A stretch of 63,806 nt of DNA, counting the filler, from Collodictyon triciliatum (lineage: Eukaryota): NCBI GenBank assembly GCA_043381765.1. It is 6 parts of 6 records of this genome, joined end to end, with 100 filler letters (N's around TTAATTAATTAA, not from the genome) between each part and the next. Parts side by side here need not be neighbours in the genome. Positions count along the whole stretch, not along the records: positions 1 to 18,904 come from JBHJMP010001327.1; positions 19,005 to 37,853 come from JBHJMP010001328.1; 4 more parts are not named here. One strand, written 5' to 3'. The translations under genes were made by a program, and so were the position numbers. Within the stretch, counting starts at the first letter, position 1; each line of letters starts with the position of its first letter. Shown here one piece after another: positions 10,601-20,812 of this stretch. The notes below the pieces were generated by a model, which saw only the letters and a list, made by a program, of their open reading frames with translations, made no database searches and had not been told where the DNA came from.

Positions 10601-13600
10601 CCAAGTCACTCTCACTCAAGCCGATGCGAGAAACAAAGAGAACCTTCATTGAAGTGGCAACATACTCGACGCCTGATAGTTATGTTGTAAGGATATCGAT
10701 GCACCGTAGGGGAAAAATAGAACAGAGAACAAAAGAATTAATAAATGAATTCATTAAACCCTTTACCTTCTCTATCGAACTTCAGTTTCCAGCGCCGAAT
10801 GATGAGAGTGTAAAGCTCAAGTACACCATTTGTTGAAAGTAGTGTGACCAATTCATCATCTAGTTTCTCATAAACACCGAAAACCCTGACCTCATCCAGA
10901 ACAATGCGGAGATAGAGGGGATGGTCTATATATGTTAGATGATAGGAGTTTAATTAAATGATGTTATATTGGCAGAAAAATGAATGTGTGATAGATTCTT
11001 TATTATGTCACTTGGCTCACCAGTGTCTTCCAGGTCGTGCAGAATCATTCCCACTTGCTTTTCGCTCAGAGTTTTGTCGTAGCGGGTTAGAAATGATTCA
11101 ACACCATCCTCTACCTCACCCTTGGTCAACTTGGCAACAGGAATCGGTTCCAATCCACTCTGTACAGCAACCTTTGGAAATCAATCATTTAATTGTGAGT
11201 TCAATCAAGTTTGTAAAACAAATTCTATGAAAATGTGAAGTTTAAAAGGAATATTTGGGGAAAAAACACTAGGTAATAAAGTACCTTGCAAGATTCATGG
11301 GTGTGAATGGTTGAAACAACGATAGTAACATTAGTTGGTGTTTCTTTGGGTAACCAAGTCAGCAAGTGCGGAGCTAGTGTTCCTTGTGACGGATGGATTT
11401 GATTGGTGATACCGATGAGAAAGACAAAGTTCTTGTCCCTAAAAAAAGAAAAGAAAAATTAGATGAATATGGTAATTAGATATAATAAGGTATAAAAATC
11501 TTCAAAAGCTATCATCTTGGTATGGATAATACGTGTTTCTTTCTTGAATCTCTTTAAGCAGGCCCTGGACTCCATCTTTTTCGTATTCTAGAAGTAAAAT
11601 TAAGAGCAACATAAGTCACTAATTTGATGATATTTGAATGTGCAAAATTCATAAAACGATAGAATAAAAATATAAAAATTCGTAGTCAATAGCACAGTTA
11701 CCAGCTCCCTGCTTCTTTTGCCCAATAAAATCAGCAGATTTTATCACTAAAGTCCAAAAGCGAGTCGAAATACTATAAAAAAAAATCATTAGGAAAATGT
11801 TGTACATAAAAAAAATAAAGCACTAATATTAAGTCAAGTGTATAAACCTTTCCACATAGTTGCTGAGGTTGGTGCACCCAACAAAATGGAAAAAGACATT
11901 CAGTCCAGGGTGATTCCTTCCTTCCAGGTCTCTCGCAGCAGCAGCCATGAGCGATGACTTTCCAATACCTGACTCGGCAGCAAGAATGATGATTTTGGAC
12001 TTGTCCACATTGAGCTGGTTCATAGCCTGATGTAAAAAAGAGCCAAATACAACCTTAACAAATCATTTTTAACATTTCTGTTGGTGAATTTCATTTTAAT
12101 TTACTTGCTCCGTGATTGTCCTTAGAAGCTCCTTTCTTCCACCAAACCCAGCGAGGCGATGCATCTTAAACTGGTGCTGCGCTTGGTCTTCAGGGTCTCT
12201 CACCTTTTTTTTATGTAATTTGTTAATTCTTATATAATCAATAAAGTCGATTAACAGCTACACAATAAATTGATGTCCAGTTTTACGATTTGATTCCCAA
12301 AGTCACGCTCGATGGCATAGGCGAGGTGGTAAGTCACAAAGTCCGAATACTCCTTCGCTCCTTTGTAGATAACATGCCCGAACTTGGCCTTGACTTTTCT
12401 CTTCAATTCATTCTGTCTTTTGCGCTGAAAAAAATTTGTAAAATAAACAAATAATTCAATTGGAATTCTTGCACAGTGCAATATTGATTGGTAAGAAATA
12501 TGTTTGTCATGTTTACAGCTTCTTCGCCTTCGGCTTGAAACAGATTCCTTTCTCCCTCGCTTTTTGCATGCTCGACAGCATATTGCTCATCACGAAGGTA
12601 AAAGAAGGCGCGGCTGCATGCTGGTTTCCCAATCAGACATGCATATTGAATCTAAGAAAGCATTTTGATTATTATAATAATTTTATTTTATATGTGCATA
12701 CTTGAAGCAGATATCGAAATATGTAGAATTATTTCACCTCATATTCAGTCACACTCAACCCAGGCATTTCATTGATGAAAGGGAAACGGCTATTGGTCTC
12801 ACTTCGCCATTCCACCCAAATATCCTCCATGGTAGCACCAGGCTTGGTTTTCATGAGTTCCTTGAGGCGACCTTGCTTGTTAAGCTCGGTTTTGTCTTGG
12901 TCAGGAACCCATCCATAACGCGCACCAAGGGAGCACACAAAGTATGGGCATTTTCCGATGGAATCCAGACAGCGAATCACAACCTGTGACAAAAATGAAT
13001 CTGAGGTGCTTTTGTTCTAGAGTACAAGGAAATTGACGCTATATAGGTTCTTTACAAATACTCTCAAAAATTACCCATCCTTCACTACTGTCTTCCGATG
13101 TCAGTCCCCAGCGCAAATCTATAAAGACAAGCTCTAATCCCTTCGATTTTGCAAGTCTCTTTAGTCTGTTTTTTTAGGTAATAATATTTAGCAAGGATTA
13201 TAGCCTTATCGAACCTTCAAAATACATGAACATATCAAATAGAAAATTATTTGGACTCACTCAGGGGCTCCGTTCTTGAAAAACTCGTCTCTTTCTTGCT
13301 GCATGTCGCGGAAAGTCGAAGAAAGAAAAACACGGATGACGCGCTCATCAAAGAAGACAAGCGGCAATGGTGTGGACGTCTCGTATCTTTGTGGGGCTGG
13401 ATTCCACTTCTTGTATTGCCTCTCCTTCAGGTCTTCACGAGCAAGCTTCATCTAATTAGAATGCAAAATTATTTGTCTTGATTGATCGAATTTTACATAA
13501 TTATGTAATAGTCGGCCTTATTATGTTATAGTACTACCTTGTCAAGAAGAATGCAAGTGCGAATGAGTACGACAGACCCTTTCTCGTCCAGGTCAAATCC

Positions 13601-13878
13601 TGTTAATGAAAAACCAATAATTAAAAATTAAAAAAATCGCCTTCGTTATAATACTGAATATTCCAATAGATATGAAAAATTGGAAGCAATTACGCCCTTA
13701 CCTTGAAACGGGAACGGGGCCTTCGCTCTTTCGTAGAGTGCCTTGGCAATTTCGTACCTCTCACGGCATTTTTTCTATAGTTGAACATTTTCATTTCTTT
13801 TCAATGAATTTCACTTTTCTTACATGAATTACTAGAGTTAAGAGAAGAAGAAAGAAAGAAGAAAGAAGAAAGAAGAAA

Positions 13879-13959
<81 letters not shown>

Positions 13960-14113
13960 AGGAGTTATTACACCCAAAGCTCCTAAGTGGTTCACACTTT
14001 TTCCGATAAGATACCAGATAATTCCATCGAGCAAATCTAGGGGAAGGGGTTCATCAGCAATTTCTAGAAATGTAAANNNNNNNNNNNNNNNNNNNNNNNN
14101 NNNNNNNNNNNNN

Positions 14114-14189
<76 letters not shown>

Positions 14190-14715
14190 CCATTATGGAA
14201 AGATTGACCATACCTGCATAATGGACTTGAGCATCAACAGCCTCAAACCCCACATTCAACTTCAGAAACCAATCAACAATGAGTTTTTGATTCTCTTCAA
14301 TAAGAACCTCTTCCTTGATGGCTTTATCGCTGGTAGGAATAAATGATTAATTACCAATCAAAGAAAAAATAAAGAAAGTTGAAAATTATCAAATTATCAA
14401 AATAGTAGTTAAAATCTTACGCAAACAAGCGGGAATGGTAGCTTCCCAAGGACTTCCCGGTGACCATTTCAATCAGCATGGTCAAAAAGAACCCGTCCAC
14501 AAAGTCGTTATGGATGTTCATCGCCTTGAGCTCAATTTTTTCCAGGTGATAGTTCACCCACTCGAGGACAGCCTGCGCTCAGTATTTGACTTTAGTAATC
14601 AAATACTTTCAATTGATAAAACTTTTTAAAAAATGAACATGTTTATATGTAGTCATACTTGGTCAATGGTGACCATGCTAGTGTTGGTCTCGGTGCTTGT
14701 TTTGGTTGCAGACAT
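4689..14715 (-). CDS. NLR-like STAND protein: CH domain - DUF4062-like - P-loop NTPase - TPRs - pentapeptide - 13 WD40 - Sel1-like - acidic tail (~31 exons)
   Basis: Spliced by hand from the ATG at 14715: AVLEWVNYHL..FVDGFFL..LIEMVTGK (CH); RVFLSSTFRDMQQER..DLRWG..LGARYGW (DUF4062/TEP1-type); AAESGIGKSS (Walker A); HPLYLRIVLDEVRVFG; kinesin-light-chain-type TPRs. Last TPR exon (ends 8230, phase 2) joins the acceptor at 8097 in frame with the 1112-aa ORF. One junction near 9630-9760 is unresolved. Confidence 0.82.
4692..4882 (-). repeat. Coding (GAT/GAA/GAG/AAT) repeat encoding a ~60-aa D/E/N acidic tail
   Basis: Visible triplet repeat in frame at the end of the 1112-aa ORF. Confidence 0.9.
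5545..7335 (-). repeat. 13 highly similar WD40 repeats, ~135-bp unit
   Basis: Recurrent GHxxxI/VxxV/ICSI/VQGPNGExWLASGxxDxTIRIWD with obvious nucleotide-level similarity. Confidence 0.95.
13845..13960. repeat. Intronic (AAAG)n microsatellite
   Basis: Visible. Confidence 0.9.
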
Positions 14716-15399
14716 GTTTTCAATATTCCTATAATTCACATAAGTCGCTTAAAAATGATTGAATACAACAATTGTAAACTATGCTCATGTATTTAAAGCT
14801 TCTGCTAATCCAACTGTTTGTTACGTTTTCATGACTAGAGATCTTATTCATTTTTATATATAAACGAAATTGTGTCCCAAGTTTTATATATTTATATAGT
14901 GGTTTTCTGTAAACTCGAAGCTAATGTAATATATCATCAACTTTAAATAGAATGTTTCCTAAAGAAATAATTCCTCTTTGTCGAAAAATAGTGGTCATGC
15001 ATAAAAGGATTTCTCATTCGCTTATCATGTGAAAAAAATCGTTTGTATACATCTTTTAAAGAACGGTTTAGTTGAGAGTGGCTTCTATTTAATTTTTTAA
15101 AACTCTTTAAAGAAAACGCCTTAAGATTTGGTATCCGCGATTCACATGATTCTAAGATCGATCATAGATGCAGGTAATCAATACGATAGTGCATTCTTCT
15201 ACGGTTTGCCGATACTGATTTGGTACTTTTCCTAATCAGCAGAAATAAATTTTTATTTGTATATACTAATTATTTAATATGGAAATATGATTATATCCAC
15301 TTAGTGTTTACAGATATCTTCACCCTGAGCATCACATCCTTAACGGACTAAGAAAAAAAATAAGACTTTGCTCAAATTCAGTGATAGTACACATTCGCT

Positions 15400-18300
15400 G
15401 TAGCTGCCTTGTGGACGTATCTGAATATACGAAATTTTGAAGAAAGATACTATGAGAAAATATCGTGTGCATGGACTCTCCAAGATTAATGCTAAGGTCC
15501 TCATTCGTCAGCCAAAAAGTTAGCCTATGTAGTCATTGGCAAGTTTCTATAAGTACAGCCTTGATATGGCTTTCAAAATACTTTTTTTTTTTTTTTGCTG
15601 TGTTTATATAAAGGGACATAAATCAGGAAATTTATCAAAATAACCTTGCAAGATTATCTTTACAGAACAGAACTTAAATCCCTCCTAGTAAGAAAGAATA
15701 AAACATTCATCCAACCAAACTTTAAAATCAGTATCACGTGCGTTATCCTTAACCATTTTCCGCTTCTGTTCGAATTAGTGAAATGTACCTCGCATATGAC
15801 CTCTGCATTCTGGTGTAATGGCAAACTCACTGCATTTATGCCATTTTTGATTCCCAAATGTATATCCATAAAATACCTCCTAAAAATGAGAGAAAATCCT
15901 TTGCCTCTTGACATAAGACTCGCTGGGTCCTTCCACCCAAATTCGGTAGATTGAGTCACAGAGCTATCATCCCACTTGAAGCCAGATGATATATGCGTGG
16001 ATAAAATGAGCTGCCTTGTGACCCATTCTGTCTGTGGGAGTCGTTAATCTCCTTAGTGATGCATAACAGAATTTCGAAACGCATGGTCTGTTACTGAGTC
16101 CTGAGGGGGGGGGTGGGTGCTTTCGTCTCTCTTAATTGCCTTCGCGGAGGTTTTTGTTGACCCGGTCGTGGCAATAGTGGATGCTCCTATATCTACGGAT
16201 TTAGTTGTGGCTGGTGGTTCAGAGTACATCCTTTAGAATTTTGGTGTTGCCGCTTCCCTCTGGGTTTGCGCACGTTTAGCTTGTGCCTCCGCCATAGAAA
16301 GGTGTGTTTTCTGGTGTGATTTTCAGGTTCGCGTTCTCCACTTTTAGGATTGGGAATGAATTTTAAACTTGCTGGGTTCCTCCTTTACATTTTTCTGCTT
16401 TTTCTCTATTTATANNNNNNNNNNNNNNNNNNNNNNNNNNNNNNNNNNNNNNNNNNNNNNNNNNNNNNNNNNNNNNNNNNNNNNNNNNNNNNNNNNNNNN
16501 NNNNNNNNNNNNNNNNNNNNNNNNNNNNNNNNNNNNNNNNNNNNNNNNNNNNNNNNNNNNNNNNNNNNNNNNNNNNNNNNNNNNNNNNNNNNNNNNNNNN
16601 NNNNNNNNNNNNNNNNNNNNNNNNNNNNNNNNNNNNNNNNNNNNNNNNNNNNNNNNNNNNNNNNNNNNNNNNNNNNNNNNNNNNNNNNNNNNNNNNNNNN
16701 NNNNNNNNNNNNNNNNNNNNNNNNNNNNNNNNNNNNNNNNNNNNNNNNNNNNNNNNNNNNNNNNNNNNNNNNNNNNNNNNNNNNNNNNNNNNNNNNNNNN
16801 NNNNNNNNNNNNNNNNNNNNNNNNNNNNNNNNNNNNNNNNNNNNNNNNNNNNNNNNNNNNNNNNNNNNNNNNNNNNNNNNNNNNNNNNNNNNNNNNNNNN
16901 NNNNNNNNNNNNNNNNNNNNNNNNNNNNNNNNNNNNNNNNNNNNNNNNNNNNNNNNNNNNNNNNNNNNNNNNNNNNNNNNNNNNNNNNNNNNNNNNNNNN
17001 NNNNNNNNNNNNNNNNNNNNNNNNNNNNNNNNNNNNNNNNNNNNNNNNNNNNNNNNNNNNNNNNNNNNNNNNNNNNNNNNNNNNNNNNNNNNNNNNNNNN
17101 NNNNNNNNNNNNNNNNNNNNNNNNNNNNNNNNNNNNNNNNNNNNNNNNNNNNNNNNNNNNNNNNNNNNNNNNNNNNNNNNNNNNNNNNNNNNNNNNNNNN
17201 NNNNNNNNNNNNNNNNNNNNNNNGGGGCGCTAATTTAATTTTTGCTACTCACGGTAGTCTAGACCGAGATGTGGAGCTAGGGTTCGCTGTTGCTACACTT
17301 GGCACAGGCATCTTCTTCCCATGCGTTTTTTCATATAAGGAACTGTGTCTTGGTCTGTCGTTTGGGTAGTCTAAGGTGATGCGCATTTTCCAAGGTATCA
17401 CTTGCTTTCCCTGGAAAACCCTTTTGAGAGGAATTTCCTGATATAGTAGTGGTAATGAATTGGGGTGCTGGTTTTTCTTCCTCCATGGCCTCGGTGGGTG
17501 TGCCCGGGGGGTTGAACTTGTCTTTGCCTACTGAATTGCGCGGATTGTGTAAGTGTTTGCCCTGATGATTGCCTTGTTTGGTCTTCTCTTTACGTTTGGG
17601 GCGAGGTATGAAGGGAAGGCGGAATCCTTGTAGGTTTGTATTCTTATTTGGTACTTTGGGTAGTTCTGATGCCGGAAACTTGACCAGCGTATCTTTAGTC
17701 CAGACTTGTCCTCGGCTTCCTAGTAAGCTAAGATAGGCGAGAATGTTGCTTTTCAGGCCTCTTCGATGTCGCCCTTGGTGAAGCCTGAGGGGGGATATCG
17801 CTGATAACAGCGGAGCGAAGGGGTGGCCTCTCTTGGTTCAGGCGAAAAAAGCGGCCAAGTATTTTAATCTCCTCCGTCTTGGCAAACTCCTCCGTTTTTT
17901 TTTTTTTTTTGGTGTGGAAAAGCTACCGTGTATCCTTAGATTGAACGCAGAGTTGGATAATGACGTTTTCTTCGTCGCCCTTGAGTTTATTTATGACTTG
18001 GGTGAGTTCTTTCTTTGGTTGATTGCGGTTATGGTAATTCTAGGGGCAGCTTGTGCTAACCTCGAGGGCGGACGTAGCAGCCGGGTCCGTGCAGATTCTG
18101 CTCCTGGGTTCCCTTTGGTCAGTGCGGCAGAAGAGCCCTGGTAGAGCGATGCGTTCGATTCTCGTGCGTCCGGCTTGGTCGTGGTGATCCGTCCAAGGAA
18201 ATGAGATTCGTGCTACGGCCAAATAAGCGCTCGTCAGCGTTTCAACCGGAACCTTACAACTCAGAAATATCGTTACTGAGTAAACCCCATTCCAACGCGT

Positions 18301-18650
18301 AGTTCCTGATCCGACTGCCTCTGCTTGTGAGGACATTGAAGCGCCCTGCTCGATTATCCATGACCGCCCACACCCGCGTACCCTGCCGCTGATTGTCGTG
18401 CGAAACCCCAACCCGTCCCCACCGAGACACGCCAAAACAGGGCGGCCGACGCGAAGGATTCGAGGGAAAAAAAGGGAGGGCCGTTTTGGGAAATTTGACA
18501 TGCAAGACCACACGACACACGAGGCAGCGCAAGTGAAAACGTCCATTGGAAAAACAGGCGAACAAGCAGCACCAGCCAGAATGGTCAGTTATATTCCAGA
18601 TATAGAAAGTACGATTCTTTCCCGATCCTGGATTTTAGCGTCTTCCATAT
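15400..18650 (-). mobile_element. Decayed non-LTR retrotransposon: K/P-rich ORF1 remnant plus APE endonuclease remnant; RT not seen
   Basis: From the ATG at 16084, degenerate APE motifs occur in order across frameshifts: ILLCITKEINDSHR (cf. I..NxxGlNd), HAYIIWLQV (cf. DIIxLQE), SRGKGFSLIFR (cf. GVAIL), VICEVHFTNS (cf. vYaPN), VI/TDFK (cf. GDFN). The upstream intronless, GC-richer, stop-interrupted frame ends in TAA 6 nt before this ATG. Boundaries are approximate. Confidence 0.6.
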
Positions 18651-18948
18651 CCGTGCTTCGCTGTGGGGCGAGAGGTGCGGTACTAGCATTATATTTGTAG
18701 GTGCTATCATGAAAATATGTACCGTATATACGAGTCGAATTTAATTTTATATTCCAGATTTGGTGAATATTCCTGCTGAGCGTGAGCCTGCCATCACCCA
18801 ACAAGATTCGCCTTTGCTTCAGATTTGCGAGGGAAAAAAAAGAGAAACACACCACACCATTGAGAAAAGACTTTATTTTTGGCAGACAACTAAGGTTACT
18901 AAGANNNNNNNNNNNNNNNNNNNNNNNNNNNNNNNNNNNNNNNNNNNN

Positions 18949-18960
18949 TTAATTAATTAA
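18949..18960. other. Artificial contig linker TTAATTAATTAA (six-frame stops) between N runs
   Basis: The identical 12-mer flanked by N runs occurs five times in the window. Confidence 0.97.
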
Positions 18961-19020
18961 NNNNNNNNNNNNNNNNNNNNNNNNNNNNNNNNNNNNNNNN
19001 NNNNTTATTTTTTTTATAAT

Positions 19021-19053
<33 letters not shown>

Positions 19054-19187
19054 CGTTTGTTTTGTTTTTTTCCTTTTTTTTTTTTTCGTTTTTCGTTATT
19101 CAATATTCTTTCATTTGTTGTTTGGTATATTTGAACGTCTGTTTCTCTCTCAGTTTTGAAATCAGCCGAGTTTGCGTACAAGCCCAC

Positions 19188-19470
19188 CTTTTCCGTTCCC
19201 TCTGGACTCGTGGTGGCCAGCTTTTGAAGACTCGTTGGAGAAATAGAGGATGTCGTTCTGGCCGATCAAGTCGATGTCTGTGATCTCCGTCCCGTCCTTG
19301 TTGAACGCTTTGGTGGCGGACCCCATTCCGAGCTTCTGTGCGCCCTGCACAAGCAGATGAGCCAGATTCCACGAGTTGGGCACGACCAGATCTTTTCCTT
19401 TGGAAGTGTCGCCCATGCGGTGGATGGTGATGGAGCGCCCTTCGTCAAACCCAAACTCTTCAAAGTCCAT
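19188..19470 (-). CDS. First exon of a KHA-domain (KCTD9 N-terminus-like) protein, truncated by contig end
   Basis: SITIHRMG..KGKDLVVP..LAHLLVQGAQKLG..ATKAFNKDGTEITDIDLIGQNDILYFS fits the KHA pattern; candidate GT donor near 19187. Confidence 0.7.
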
Positions 19471-20812
19471 GGGCCTGCCTTTCAGGATCGTGGGGGGAAA
19501 TACAGAAGCCTCGTGAGAAAAAAGAAACTGCGCCCTCAGCTGTGAGAAGAAAAAAGAGTGGCTCTTTGCCCGAGGAGTATAGCCCGAATCGTCGCCACTT
19601 CGCGTTTCCAAATGTTGTCCCGTTTATCTCTTTCCAACGCCCAAGAACAAAAAAACGAGGACAGGATAACGGTGACGATGAAAAAAATGAAGAAATCAGA
19701 AAGAAAAAAAAGAGTATTGCAGAAAGCGAGCCCTCCTTCAATCCTGAGCTTTCTTCTCGAATGACACGGTAGTTAAGGACAAGCATCTAAATCCGCCTTC
19801 CAGCCAAGATATTTGCAATCTCTCGATGCCTCAACCACGTGCGACTGCGAAGCCTTGCAAAGTCTGGTAGGCAGTCGTCTGGTGGCGCCGTGTGATTCAG
19901 GCCTTCCGATTGGACAAACGGACAACTCCAATTTTGGTTTGGCACGGATCGCAATACCGGGGACACAAGGGCACAGGGGACAGTGGCTGCAGGGCGGAAG
20001 GCGAAGGCGAATCCGTTGTGTTTTCCAAAATTGGAATTTTCGTTTGTTCTTTAATGCCTCATCGTTTCTGGAATATATTATAATATATAATTTTGAAAGC
20101 CTCATATTCTGCTTTACTTCGCTAACGCATGTAATTACTCATCGTGTACGTGATATTGGGTGAGTAGGGTTGATTTTGGTGCCTTTGAGTGGTTCCGTAC
20201 AAAATAATCCAAAGGAAGGAGTATTTCAATGAATATTTGCAAGGGAATTGTCACGCTTGGGGCGCTTGTATGATTGCTTGCCTTTGCGCATGGCCGAAAC
20301 GCGAACTCACAACAACGCAGCACCCGCGTTATCCACCCTGTTGGCCTTTAACACACTCCATTCATTACACCGAAAAAGAGCTATCATGCGTGCTTGTTGG
20401 TATCGCTTATCCATCTCCATTGATATCTCTTTCGGATCGAGCCGCCTTCTTTCAAATAACCTTCTCCATAGTGAAACCTCCGCACAAATAAATCGTGTGG
20501 AGCCACCCTTCTCCTGACACACAGATCAATACTGAGTTTTACCTCGCTTTGTGTTCGCAACGCGTAAAGCCTTACTTTTTCTCCTCTTACAACTACTTGA
20601 GTCTCCACTTTCTTGATCGTTTCCTCTATTTTCTCTTCCAACACGCAAAACCAGCACCCGAAAAACAAACAAAAAAAAACCGGATCTATTTCCTGTGAGC
20701 CTTGGCCACTGTATTACAACGAACGATGAAAAGTATCTTTCGTTAACTAAAAGAGGAACTCCTCCTTTATAGATCAAGGAAGAAGCGTAACGGCTACAGT
20801 ACTGGTTATCTC

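Noticed and set aside
16350-17369. Long ORFs through N runs (also 32924-34084, 37045-37722)
   Set aside because: Artefacts of unknown bases.
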